Below the pieces are notes generated by a model. That model did not search any database. It was not told the DNA's origin and saw only the letters and a list, made by a program, of their open reading frames with translations. From IMG/VR virus record IMGVR_UViG_3300013137_000008: a stretch of 34,273 bases of DNA. One strand, given 5' to 3'. The position numbers and the translations under genes were made by a program. The DNA is from a virus (lineage: Duplodnaviria; Heunggongvirae; Uroviricota; Caudoviricetes). This document shows, one piece after another, positions 6,736 through 15,805 of this stretch. The number at the start of each line of letters is the position of its first letter. Positions within the stretch are counted from its first letter, which is position 1.

Positions 6736-7919
6736 TATCCTACTCCTACTTTAACTTTTCCATATTCACAAGATTCTCCCCAAATATTATCCTTCACCCA
6801 GTATCCGTTTTCAACTCTCCATACTCTTGGATCTCTAAATGTATCACAAATACAGTCAAATTCTTCTTCACTCATGTTTACGTATTTGAGCCAACGTTCT
6901 AAGTCCCTACGTGGTTTAACGCTATCATACTTGTGTACCATCTCAATTCCTTGTTCACGTGTCATATAACCACCACGTATGTCTTTGCAGGCGTGGTCTG
7001 ATGCTCGTCCATATCCTAATTTGATAAATTTGAGATAGTCGTGGATACCGTTTTCGTGCATATCATCAAGGTTTGAGAACATCCTGTAGGTTCTTTCAAA
7101 TGGTTGCCTTGCCCGTTGCCATCCGTATTGTTCTTCGACTATTTTAATCTGTTTATTGGCATCCCAGTTCAGATAGTTGCTCAAATGAAGCCCTCTTACT
7201 CCTACTTCGTCAATCTCTTTGTCTGAGGGATATTGTGCCCACAAAAGGTCATGTTCTTTTAATCCTTCTTTCAGTTCAGGATGCCCAAGTTTTTCAAGCC
7301 CTTCATCAACAAAGTCATACCAGTCATATCCTCTCAGGGCATGTTCAAGCCTATGTTTGGCTGTGAATTCCACGAAGTCATTATAGGAATACATCCCGCC
7401 TAATTCCATGAATCCATGTTCTCCCCACAACATAAGAGGAACCTTGTATCTGACCGCTACTTGGATTGGGGTTGTGTAAATCCCACAATGGGAGTGCCAG
7501 TTGTTATCTCCCTGCAACTTGAACCCTATCCTGTTCATCTTGATTAGGGTCTGCTCACCTGGACGTACTATGATGTGATCGCAGTCAAACACTTTACGCA
7601 TGTTCTGGAGATTTTCTTCGCCCTCTGGTAAGTAATTGTTGCCATGATATGTGACTAAAAGCGGTTTCAGTTTCAATAACTTTGTGACTACATGGGTCTG
7701 GAAATAGCTGTCTTTGCCGCCACCTACGGGCACTAAAATATCGTAGTTGCTCGTAGAGCGATATTGGTTTGTGAGTTTGACTAACTTCTGCCAGCGTTCA
7801 TCCCAGTTTATCTTCTTTTTTTGCTCGGACACTCTACAACCTGAACATACTCCATTTTCATCGAATGTAAGCGGAGTGGCTGCGATTGACGGATATACGC
7901 ATTTTGTGCAGTATTTCAT
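6735..7919 (-). CDS. N-acetyl sugar amidotransferase (WbuX/PseA/AglX family)
   Basis: Start corrected to ATG 7919 (ATGA overlap). MKYCTKCVYP...GVCSGC N-terminus, PP-loop VPVGGGKDS, YLKFIKLGYGRA, IRGGYMTREQG. Confidence 0.9.
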   Translation of the reverse strand: MKYCTKCVYPSIAATPLTFDENGVCSGCRVSEQKKKINWDERWQKLVKLTNQYRSTSNYDILVPVGGGKDSYFQTHVVTKLLKLKPLLVTYHGNNYLPEGEENLQNMRKVFDCDHIIVRPGEQTLIKMNRIGFKLQGDNNWHSHCGIYTTPIQVAVRYKVPLMLWGEHGFMELGGMYSYNDFVEFTAKHRLEHALRGYDWYDFVDEGLEKLGHPELKEGLKEHDLLWAQYPSDKEIDEVGVRGLHLSNYLNWDANKQIKIVEEQYGWQRARQPFERTYRMFSNLDDMHENGIHDYLKFIKLGYGRASDHACKDIRGGYMTREQGIEMVHKYDSVKPRRDLERWLKYVNMSEEEFDCICDTFRDPRVWRVENGYWVKDNIWGESCEYGKVKVGVG

Positions 7920-8692
7920 AGTCTTACTGGCAATCCTGCCATCTTCATGGCTCTCTTTCCACCTTTGTCTGCCATCTCTTTGAAATGCCATATATTAGCT
8001 GCGGCAACCGCTGAAGCTCCTGCTTCTATGCCTTGGGCGTAATCATCATAGTTTCCTACTCCACTACAAGCTATGACCGGAATAGACAATGATGAGCTTA
8101 TTTTGTTTATCAATTCCAAGTCGTATCCCTCTCCCATACCATCACGCTCTATGCTTTGCAATAGTATCTCTCCTGCCCCTCTCTGCTCTACTTCTTTTGC
8201 CCACTCCACTGGATTTAACCCTGTTGGGGTTTGCCCACCATCTATCATAACTTCATTTTGAAATACATCTATGCTTACTACTATTGCCTGACGCCCAAAA
8301 ATTTTAGAGCTTTCTGTGATTAGCTCAGGATTGCGAAATGCTTCGCTGTTCAAAGTTATCTTGTCCGCTCCTCTCTTAAACCGTTCTCTCATATCTTCTA
8401 CCGTCTTAATTCGCCCACCCCAGGTTAATGGTATGAAACAAGTTTTTGCTGCGGCTTCCAATATCTCAAGTGGCTCATTCAAGCCTTTGGTTTTATGGTC
8501 ATTGCGCCTGAGGTCATACTGACCATCTCTTGTTATATCAAGATAGATTATCTCATCTACACTCCATTCATTGAACCTTTGCACTTCATATATTGGATTA
8601 CCGATTACTTGGTGTATCTTGAACTGCTCACTGCGCACAAGTAATCCATTCTGAAGAAGTAAAACTGGAATTAGACGTTTTAAAAGTGGCAT
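7916..8692 (-). CDS. HisF-like cyclase, WbuZ/AglZ glycan-modification type
   Basis: KRLIPVLL (canonical HisF has RIIPCLD), DEIIYLDI, PLTWGGRI, GAGEILLQSIERDGMGEGYDL, IPVIACSG. Confidence 0.88.
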   Translation of the reverse strand: MPLLKRLIPVLLLQNGLLVRSEQFKIHQVIGNPIYEVQRFNEWSVDEIIYLDITRDGQYDLRRNDHKTKGLNEPLEILEAAAKTCFIPLTWGGRIKTVEDMRERFKRGADKITLNSEAFRNPELITESSKIFGRQAIVVSIDVFQNEVMIDGGQTPTGLNPVEWAKEVEQRGAGEILLQSIERDGMGEGYDLELINKISSSLSIPVIACSGVGNYDDYAQGIEAGASAVAAANIWHFKEMADKGGKRAMKMAGLPVRL

Positions 8693-8693
8693 C

Positions 8694-8762
8694 CTACACT
8701 CCGTCTTTGAAGTAGATTCCTGGGCGAGTGTCAGGCTGAACGCATAATTTACAGTATTTCAT
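8694..8762 (-). pseudogene. 22 aa N-terminal relic of a second N-acetyl sugar amidotransferase
   Basis: MKYCKLCVQPDTRPGIYFKDGV* matches the family N-terminus (compare MKYCTKCVYP...FDENGVC at 7919). ATGA-coupled to the upstream gene; stops 2 nt before the HisF-like ATG. Confidence 0.75.
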
Positions 8763-8974
8763 TCACTATCCTCGTAAATCCACAATTTTGCTGTAATATA
8801 TATTACAACCATTGCCAAAGTAATTGGAATGATTGTCCCCCAGATTCCTATAGTTGGAAATATGAATTCCAATAGTACAGCGGTCAACCCTGTAAGCGTT
8901 AATAGCCCCAATGCCATTGCTGATATCAGGGTAAGAAGCAACATGTGTTTTTTCCCCTGCCTAATAATCTTCAT
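8759..8974 (-). CDS. Small two-TM protein
   Basis: 71 aa with two hydrophobic segments. Confidence 0.7.
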   Translation of the reverse strand: MKIIRQGKKHMLLLTLISAMALGLLTLTGLTAVLLEFIFPTIGIWGTIIPITLAMVVIYITAKLWIYEDSE

Positions 8975-8975
8975 G

Positions 8976-9083
8976 CTATCTCCCTATCAATGCAAATATA
9001 ATGAACAATACCAATGCCCCTGCAACTATGAGCAGTATCTCTACTCCAGAGGACGCTACAAACTTATCTAAGATATCACCCAT
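8976..9083 (-). CDS. 35 aa single-TM protein (not in the ORF track)
   Basis: MGDILDKFVASSGVEILLIVAGALVLFIIFALIGR* exactly fills the gap between its neighbours. Confidence 0.65.
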   Translation of the reverse strand: MGDILDKFVASSGVEILLIVAGALVLFIIFALIGR

Positions 9084-9500
9084 CTATTTATTAGTCATCC
9101 TTGATTGTTTATGCTCATCTACTATCATTTTTATTAAAGAGGCTATGAGCAATATAGGAAATGAGCCTATCAATATACAAACAATAGCCCACTCAACTGT
9201 TGGCATGAGCGCTATAAACGATGTTAGTAGTACGCTCAAGAAAAGAAGCGAGATGCCAATTAACCACCCCCATAGATTATCTTCACCGGTAAGTTCTTTA
9301 GCCTTGTGTTTTTTGACTAACTTGCTAATGACAATTAAATCAACTAGCAAGAGGATAGCAGATAGACCAAGCATGATTCTTCCTGCCATTAAATCATTGG
9401 TTGATACATTGAAATTTGCACGTTCCCATATATAGGGAATAAACACTATCGCCAATGCCACTACAGTTGCTGCCATCAATAACCCAAATATCCATCTCAT
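9084..9500 (-). CDS. Four-TM membrane protein
   Basis: 138 aa with four hydrophobic segments; ATGA coupling. Confidence 0.75.
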   Translation of the reverse strand: MRWIFGLLMAATVVALAIVFIPYIWERANFNVSTNDLMAGRIMLGLSAILLLVDLIVISKLVKKHKAKELTGEDNLWGWLIGISLLFLSVLLTSFIALMPTVEWAIVCILIGSFPILLIASLIKMIVDEHKQSRMTNK

Positions 9501-10159
9501 TTTATTTCTCCTTTCTCAAATACCCACCAAGTCATATCGTCAAATACTGTCCCATAAGGATGAGGCTGAGTTCTATCACTGTAGTCTTGCTGCCACAGAA
9601 ATCCATAGCTCACGCACTTGAGGGTAGGATAATTGTCCAAATACCATTTGCCAAAATCCCTCTTAAAAATAAGATTCTCTTTGCCCCTGTAGCTTACCTC
9701 GCATGGTTCATGGGAGAAGTATTCGGTACAGATAACATACTTGCGGGCTACCCGTACTATTTCATCTGTCATACGCTTTAGATTCTCTGGGGATACGTGA
9801 ATTAATACACCATGGGTCATTACTACGTCTATTTTGGAATCTTTGTACGGTAACTGAAATCCATCACAATTAGTAGCCTTTTTTAGTTTGAAAAACGGTT
9901 GACTTGTTAAAATCGAGTACGCTTCTGCGAATGGCTCTACTGCATGTAGTATCTTTTTTCCTTTGAACAATTCGTTGATATACCAGAGATTGAGGCCGAT
10001 ATTTGAGCCTACTTCAAGTAGTGATCGAAATCTCGCGTTCTTGAGTATCTTCTTGAACGCCTTTACCCCCAACGGTAGTTTATAGTCTGCAAAGTTATTG
10101 CGTTCTATGTATTCATGCCCATACTCAGGGCTTGTCCAATGGTTTAACTGCTCGTTCAT
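9497..10159 (-). CDS. Pseudaminic acid biosynthesis-associated methylase-like protein
   Basis: W..PEYGHEYIERN N-terminus, LLEVGSNIGLNL, GVLIHVSP, LIFKRDFG and DDMTWWVFEK are characteristic of this family. Confidence 0.85.
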   Translation of the reverse strand: MNEQLNHWTSPEYGHEYIERNNFADYKLPLGVKAFKKILKNARFRSLLEVGSNIGLNLWYINELFKGKKILHAVEPFAEAYSILTSQPFFKLKKATNCDGFQLPYKDSKIDVVMTHGVLIHVSPENLKRMTDEIVRVARKYVICTEYFSHEPCEVSYRGKENLIFKRDFGKWYLDNYPTLKCVSYGFLWQQDYSDRTQPHPYGTVFDDMTWWVFEKGEIK

Positions 10160-10560
10160 TTATTCTCCTTTGCTAATACAATAACCCCTGCTAGCATTAG
10201 GATGATCCCTATTAAGCCACCAATATAATAAGCCAATGTTCCATCAGAATATCCCCAGATCAAATTATTCCAATAGCTTCGTTCATAGTGTCGAACTAGA
10301 ATAGGTTGTAGTTCTGGTATTTGTTCTTTAGAATAAAAATCATACGACAGTAAAAATTTATTGTCTCTTATATCAACAATATCTCCAATAGATGTATAGT
10401 CTATGTTGAATTTATCGAGTACTATCTCACCTTTATAATAGTTGTCATGCTGCCCTAGATAAGCTACCATTGTAATAAAAGTAGAGAGAACACATGTAAT
10501 GCCACTGACCCATAGCATTGCCCATATTTTGAGGTCTCCATTCTTCTCTATTATATTCAT
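10156..10560 (-). CDS. Membrane protein with two TMs and a loop domain
   Basis: Hydrophobic N- and C-terminal segments; ATGA coupling. Confidence 0.7.
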   Translation of the reverse strand: MNIIEKNGDLKIWAMLWVSGITCVLSTFITMVAYLGQHDNYYKGEIVLDKFNIDYTSIGDIVDIRDNKFLLSYDFYSKEQIPELQPILVRHYERSYWNNLIWGYSDGTLAYYIGGLIGIILMLAGVIVLAKENK

Positions 10561-10613
10561 TTCCTTTTACCTCTATACTCTCCTTATCTCCCACTACTCC
10601 AAATTTTATGAGT

Positions 10614-11033
10614 TTATCCCTTGCATATTACTAATACAAGTAAGCCAGTGAATCCTGACCACACGGCAAGAGCTATCCACCATCCCGCAAACATATTTTG
10701 ATAACCCTCTATATCAGGATGTAGATTCTCCCTAGGATAAAGTAAGAATTCATTATGTGCCACACTTATTCTCCAAGAAACAGTTGGGGGAGAAGTTTTT
10801 ACCAGTTCACATATAAGGGTAGCATCATGAGCAGTAGAAATGTCAGCAAGCATATTTTCATAATTAAGGGCTTCACTCATAGTAGCGAATTGTCTCTGTC
10901 CTTCATATACAAGCGAAAATGAAGATATAAGAGGGAAACCTATCCCAATAAAGACAGCACATGCCAAAATGATTACCAGTAATGATAAACCAATTTTACT
11001 TTTAATATCTAAACCCGTCTGCTGCTTGTTCAT
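10614..11033 (-). CDS. Membrane protein with two TMs and a loop domain
   Basis: Hydrophobic N- and C-terminal segments; GGAGAG RBS. Confidence 0.7.
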   Translation of the reverse strand: MNKQQTGLDIKSKIGLSLLVIILACAVFIGIGFPLISSFSLVYEGQRQFATMSEALNYENMLADISTAHDATLICELVKTSPPTVSWRISVAHNEFLLYPRENLHPDIEGYQNMFAGWWIALAVWSGFTGLLVLVICKG

Positions 11034-11053
11034 TTACTCTCCTATCTTCTCCA

Positions 11054-11425
11054 CTATTTATACTGGTTAAGGAAGTCTACTGCCCCTTGCACTGTATCGA
11101 ATTCCTGAGTGCTTCTCCATGTACCAGCATTTATTGTTATATCTATCTGTATTTTTTTCGTATCTGCACTTTGTTTGGTATCAAGCCTTTGTAGTAATTC
11201 TCTGTTCAACTCCATAAGCTCATCTAATTCATATCTAAGAGCAATAGATGATTGGGATATAGAGAACACTTTCCCTGATATATCTTCTTGGTTATCCAAT
11301 ATTCTGTTCATATTACTATCTATCCTTGTGACTGTAGATTGTACGCTCTTTTCATCATCAGCAAGACAACCGAATAGACAGCCTACCAATATAATTGATG
11401 CCAACATTAAAACTATTTTCTTCAT
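11054..11425 (-). CDS. Putative lipoprotein with coiled-coil
   Basis: MKKIVLMLASIILVGCLFGC signal peptide and lipobox-like end; heptad-like LRYELDELMELNRELLQRL; GGAGG RBS. Confidence 0.7.
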   Translation of the reverse strand: MKKIVLMLASIILVGCLFGCLADDEKSVQSTVTRIDSNMNRILDNQEDISGKVFSISQSSIALRYELDELMELNRELLQRLDTKQSADTKKIQIDITINAGTWRSTQEFDTVQGAVDFLNQYK

Positions 11426-11445
11426 TTGCTTTCCTCCATTGTTCG

Positions 11446-11483
11446 TTTTGTTCTATTATATCATACTTTGCCAGCAATTACAA
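11446..11483 (-). promoter_or_regulatory. Internal sigma70-type promoter (copy B of a shared 25-bp motif)
   Basis: TTGTAA (11483-11478), 17 bp, TG, TATAAT (11460-11455). CAAAGTATGATATAATAGAACAAAA matches 21269-21293 at 23/25. Confidence 0.7.
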
Positions 11484-12534
11484 TCTCGTCACTGAGTTCA
11501 GCCAAGTCCAGACGCGCCTGTATCTGTGGAATATACTGCCCTAATTGAGTGAGTATCTCAGGATTGACTAACGATAATTGAGTAACAAGTTCATAAGCGT
11601 CCATTCCGAAAAACCAGCAGGCCTCTATCTGATAGCCATTATATGCAAATGCTGTAGTGATTGATGAATCCGTGAAACACTGGATATGTCCAAGTGGGTC
11701 AAGGTGGCGAACGATTGAGTTAGGAAAGATTGTCTGTATCTCTGTTGACAGACAATTCCAGCGTGGGACTTCGGCTACTACAAGGTTCTTAGATGATACT
11801 GATTCTTTGGCTAATTTTAGAAACTCTGTGGGATTGGTAACGTGTTCAAGCACTCCCCAAAAGGTTATCACGTCATAGCGTTGGAATTGAGCGTAATCTT
11901 CAAGGAAATCTGCTTCTATTAACTCTACTTGCAGGTTTTCACTGGCAAATTTACGTCCACTTGCGCTTGGTTCTATGCCATTGGCTAATATTCCTGCATC
12001 CCTACAAACCTTAACGAAATGTCCGCTGCCTGCCCCTACATCAAGTATGGTCTTGGGTTTACGATCATAAATGCGCTCGTATTGATTTATTGCCCAGTCT
12101 AATTTGGGTCGAGCTACTTGATCTAACCTTGTTTGAGTTGTCCTTGTATCTGCATAAGTTGATTGATATTCTTTGTTGTTCTGATAGAATGATTTGAGTG
12201 TCTCTGCCCTTGGAATATAGTGAACGAAATAATGTGAGCACTTCTGACATTGTACGTACTTTGCCCCATAGACTTCGAGTTTATCTTTAAACTCTTTTCC
12301 GTTGCAAATTGGACAGTTGATAACTTCTTTCAAGTTACCTTTGTAAAGCTCTATCCTCGATTTCGATATAGAATCTACTTTAGCTTTGAAATCCTCTACC
12401 ATGTTCGCTTTGAGGCTGAGAATGTCGATAGGCTTTCCATGGGTGGTGTGGACATAATGTTTTTTGTTGTTGTATGTCCATACCTGGGGACTATTGGTTA
12501 GGGGTTCTATTGGAATTTCTTTAAACCACATCAA
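11461..12534 (-). CDS. Class I SAM-dependent methyltransferase with N-terminal CxxC pairs
   Basis: CPIC...CQKC, ILDVGAGSG, FWGVLEHVTNP, VVAEVP; same architecture as 5296..6324. Confidence 0.85.
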   Translation of the reverse strand: MMWFKEIPIEPLTNSPQVWTYNNKKHYVHTTHGKPIDILSLKANMVEDFKAKVDSISKSRIELYKGNLKEVINCPICNGKEFKDKLEVYGAKYVQCQKCSHYFVHYIPRAETLKSFYQNNKEYQSTYADTRTTQTRLDQVARPKLDWAINQYERIYDRKPKTILDVGAGSGHFVKVCRDAGILANGIEPSASGRKFASENLQVELIEADFLEDYAQFQRYDVITFWGVLEHVTNPTEFLKLAKESVSSKNLVVAEVPRWNCLSTEIQTIFPNSIVRHLDPLGHIQCFTDSSITTAFAYNGYQIEACWFFGMDAYELVTQLSLVNPEILTQLGQYIPQIQARLDLAELSDEIVIAGKV

Positions 12535-12746
12535 CCTTTACCTTTCTCGTTTTTATCAAACAGAGGCCAAAAATCAAATAGAATTTTGATACTTCCCAAT
12601 ACTCCAATAATATAGAGGAGTACTACAAGAACAATTAGAATATCAATCTTTAATGACATTACTACCATACCTGTTAACTTGCACAAAAACAATATAAATC
12701 CTATTACCAAAAGGGGCCAAACCCAACTCCAAATTGTTCTAATCAT
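12531..12746 (-). CDS. Small two-TM protein
   Basis: Likely start is ATG 12746, just after the GT2 stop; two hydrophobic segments. Confidence 0.7.
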   Translation of the reverse strand: MIRTIWSWVWPLLVIGFILFLCKLTGMVVMSLKIDILIVLVVLLYIIGVLGSIKILFDFWPLFDKNEKGKG

Positions 12747-12747
12747 T

Positions 12748-13422
12748 TTAGTTCCACTCCCTAATACGCCACTCAATTGTTTTCATTATCACGTCAAACC
12801 CATGTTTGAATGGATTTAAGTGGGAATCCTGCTCTAAGTTATGATAGGTACAGGATATGGGGACTTCGGTTATCTTAAATCCCTGTTTACGTGCCTTGAC
12901 AAGTATCTCTATGGTTGAGCCGAATCCATTTTCTTCTAATTTGACTGAGTTGACAAACCTTTTTGAAAATGCTCTAAATCCACTTTGAGCGTCTGTTATA
13001 GGTTCGTGACCAAAATTGTAAGTCTCTGTTATCAACCATACTCCAAAACGTCTGTACTTAGGTATCTTTAAGCCATTGTGTTTATAGAAGCGTGAGCCTA
13101 TAACTACATCGTATCCCTGTTCTATTTTGTTGATTAAATGGGGGATTTCGTCTGGGTTGTGCTGCAAATCAGCGTCTATGGTTACTACGTAATCAAACTC
13201 TTTGGCTATGGCTAATCCTGTCCTTATAGTCGCCCCATAACCATAATTTTTAGGATGACAGTAGACTTCTGCTCCACAATAACGTGATATGAGTGCCGTA
13301 GTATCTCTTGACCCATCATCTACCACTATTACGGTGGGAGTGTATTTTAGACAGTCTTTAATTATCCCACCAATGGTATAGGCTTCATTGTGTGCAGGAA
13401 TGACTACGGCGAGAGTTTTCAT
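12748..13422 (-). CDS. GT2 glycosyltransferase, polyprenol-phosphate sugar synthase (DPM1-like)
   Basis: VVIPAHNE, VVDDGSRD, NYGYGA, IDADLQHNP, DVVIGSRF and DAQSGFRAF motifs. Confidence 0.9.
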   Translation of the reverse strand: MKTLAVVIPAHNEAYTIGGIIKDCLKYTPTVIVVDDGSRDTTALISRYCGAEVYCHPKNYGYGATIRTGLAIAKEFDYVVTIDADLQHNPDEIPHLINKIEQGYDVVIGSRFYKHNGLKIPKYRRFGVWLITETYNFGHEPITDAQSGFRAFSKRFVNSVKLEENGFGSTIEILVKARKQGFKITEVPISCTYHNLEQDSHLNPFKHGFDVIMKTIEWRIREWN

Positions 13423-13604
13423 TTGGATACTTTACCCTCAATAGTAAATGGTTTCAAAAAATCATTCACAGTCTTATCAGATGGTTTCTTTGATTCCATG
13501 TAGACCATTTGGGTTAGAATATTCATAAGGACATCCCTCACAACCTGTTCTGTCATACCGTTTGGGCCTTTCTTTTGGAAAGCCCGTTTTAACCATCTTA
13601 ACAT
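13419..13604 (-). CDS. Hypothetical protein
   Basis: Likely ATG 13604 with GGAG RBS, overlapping the NeuB-like stop; ATGA-coupled to the GT2. Confidence 0.55.
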   Translation of the reverse strand: MLRWLKRAFQKKGPNGMTEQVVRDVLMNILTQMVYMESKKPSDKTVNDFLKPFTIEGKVSK

Positions 13605-14644
13605 GATAGTTTCTCCCATTCTATAGGTTCCCCTGCTTTTATATCTACAGTAGTCCTAAGTCCTATGACTGAATTGAGATATTTTGGTTCTATGCCAGTG
13701 GCTGGTCGGAGTGTATCTATAACGTCCTCTGTTATTATAGCATTGCATGGAATAAATGTCTTTGCGAATAAACTCCGCCTCTGAAGTATGACTGTCTCTC
13801 TCTCAATATCATACAACTGTTTGATATGTGACCCCATGGCCTTTTCCATTTTGCGTATGCCCTCTACTAAAAGCGTCATGTCTTCTCTATCCATGGCAAA
13901 TGGATGATCGGGGCCAATCAACGATTTATCAAGCGTAAAGTGTTTTTCGATTACACACGCTCCATTGGCTACTGCCCCAAGTGATGCGATATATCCCTCT
14001 GAATGGTCTGAAAAACCGACTAAACATCCAAAGGCTTTACGTAGGATATTCATAGCCCTTACATTTGTGTGTTCAAGTGGTGTGGGATATTGAGTTGTGC
14101 ATTGAAGCAAAACTAAATCTCGATTTCCCTGCGAATGAATGACAGATACTGCTTCTGCTATTTCTCCCATATTTGAAGCCCCAGTTCCTAAGATTATAGG
14201 TTTCTTTTTTGAGGCTACGTACTCTAAGAACTTGAGGTTGGTTATCTCACCGCTTCCAATCTTAAATGCAGGAACATTTAATTCGTCAAGCAGGTCTACA
14301 GCTTCTATATCATAGGGGCTGGACATGAAATCTATGTCTATCGCTTCACAATATTGAATCAGGCTTTCGTGCCCTTTGCGTGGCAAACTCGCATCTCTAT
14401 AGGTATCATAGACTGTCTTATTCCATTTGGTTTGGAATGAGCATCTCTGCTGAAAGGCATGGCGATTGATTATCTTATCGGGTATGAATGATTGGAATTT
14501 GGCACAATCACACCCACATTCTTTAGCAGCGTCTATTAGTTCACATGCTTTTTTTAGACTTCCATCAAAGTTTGAACCTATTTCCGCTATGATGTAGGTG
14601 CGGTATTCGTCTCCTATGATTCGATTGCCAAGTTTTAGATTCAT
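13598..14644 (-). CDS. neuB: Nonulosonic acid synthase (NeuB/PseI family) with C-terminal SAF domain
   Basis: YIIAEIGSN, AKFQ, AFKIGSGE, LLQCTTQYP, GFSDHS, VIEKHFTLD, GPDH, RRSLFA and RPATGI. Confidence 0.93.
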   Translation of the reverse strand: MNLKLGNRIIGDEYRTYIIAEIGSNFDGSLKKACELIDAAKECGCDCAKFQSFIPDKIINRHAFQQRCSFQTKWNKTVYDTYRDASLPRKGHESLIQYCEAIDIDFMSSPYDIEAVDLLDELNVPAFKIGSGEITNLKFLEYVASKKKPIILGTGASNMGEIAEAVSVIHSQGNRDLVLLQCTTQYPTPLEHTNVRAMNILRKAFGCLVGFSDHSEGYIASLGAVANGACVIEKHFTLDKSLIGPDHPFAMDREDMTLLVEGIRKMEKAMGSHIKQLYDIERETVILQRRSLFAKTFIPCNAIITEDVIDTLRPATGIEPKYLNSVIGLRTTVDIKAGEPIEWEKLSC

Positions 14645-15495
14645 ATTTCCCCCTTGTATCTCAATAACTCAGCACGAAGCGATGGCATTTTAATCCCCAA
14701 ATCATGCTCTACCTTAGTATAATCAAGAGATAGGTTTTCAGGACGAGGGACTTTATCTTTGCCGTACTCAACCATTACTCTCTGAATCAACTCAGCGTCT
14801 AACTCCATTGTTTTTGCTAACTCTACCCCGAATTCGTATTTACTCCAGCTTCCCTGACAACCCACATTATATATTCCACTCAAGTTTTTATCACACATAC
14901 TGACAATCATATTAGTCAGCGTTACGGCTGATATTGGGGAAAAGTAGACATTGCGATACATGCTTATCTCTTTATGTTTTCTTAGGCTATCTACTACCCA
15001 ATTGGCTAATCTGTCAAAGTAGGCTAACCTGAGTATAAGATAATCCTTAGATATAAGCGCCTTGTGTTCGCCAATAAGTTTTGTTTTGGCGTAAACGTTA
15101 ATAGGGTTGAGTTTTTCATCCTCTTTGTGTATTCCAGTTGAACCGTCATAAACTGAGTCTGTGGAAATATAGACTAACTTAGCTTTGAGTTCCCTGCAAA
15201 AGATTGACACGTTTTCAGTTCCGGCTTCGTTGATTTGCCATGCTTCATGCGGGTTTTTCTCACATTCATCTACATTGGCAAGGGCAGCAGTATGGATTAC
15301 TATCTCTGGTTTGAACTCTCGAAAGACAGCACCAACGTCCCTGTAATCTGTGATATCCATTTTGGCAAATGTTGCTCTATGGCAGGGAACTATTGTGTTA
15401 TGGAATGTTGAGATTACCTGATATCTATCAGATAACTTATTTGTGAATACACGCCCAAGGACTCCACTTCCGCCCGTGATTAGTAGTCGCTTCAC
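14641..15495 (-). CDS. RmlD-like NAD(P)-dependent sugar 4-ketoreductase (extended SDR)
   Basis: LITGGSGVLG, IHTAALANVDECE, YISTDSVY and PINVYAKTK (YxxxK). Confidence 0.85.
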   Translation of the reverse strand: MKRLLITGGSGVLGRVFTNKLSDRYQVISTFHNTIVPCHRATFAKMDITDYRDVGAVFREFKPEIVIHTAALANVDECEKNPHEAWQINEAGTENVSIFCRELKAKLVYISTDSVYDGSTGIHKEDEKLNPINVYAKTKLIGEHKALISKDYLILRLAYFDRLANWVVDSLRKHKEISMYRNVYFSPISAVTLTNMIVSMCDKNLSGIYNVGCQGSWSKYEFGVELAKTMELDAELIQRVMVEYGKDKVPRPENLSLDYTKVEHDLGIKMPSLRAELLRYKGEI

Positions 15496-15780
15496 TTACA
15501 ACAATCCTCCCCCACTATTTGAGAAAACATATTCTGCATACTCGTACCCACATTTACACATGTATCCTCTGTAGGAATATGGCTGTGTTATCATTAGTTT
15601 TCCTCTACATTTAGGGCAGCGGTATCCCGTAAACCATGAATATGCTGGGGAAGGTAATTTATGCGATATTGCTGCTAATTTGATTAATCTTTCATTCTTA
15701 TCTATGCGTTGTCTTTCCCATTCATCATTATCTTGTTTAATTTTTTTAATATGCTCTGCATTTACTTCTTCCTTACTCAT
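15496..15780 (-). CDS. Small protein with C-terminal zinc ribbon
   Basis: Likely ATG 15780 with GGGAG RBS; CPKC...CKC. Confidence 0.65.
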   Translation of the reverse strand: MSKEEVNAEHIKKIKQDNDEWERQRIDKNERLIKLAAISHKLPSPAYSWFTGYRCPKCRGKLMITQPYSYRGYMCKCGYEYAEYVFSNSGGGLL

Positions 15781-15805
15781 ATTGCTTCTCCCTTCAGTAG
15801 TCGCT

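Noticed and set aside
7916-8692. hisF as a histidine-biosynthesis auxiliary metabolic gene
   Set aside because: It lacks the RIIPCLD catalytic Asp, is coupled to an N-acetyl sugar amidotransferase, and no other his genes are present.
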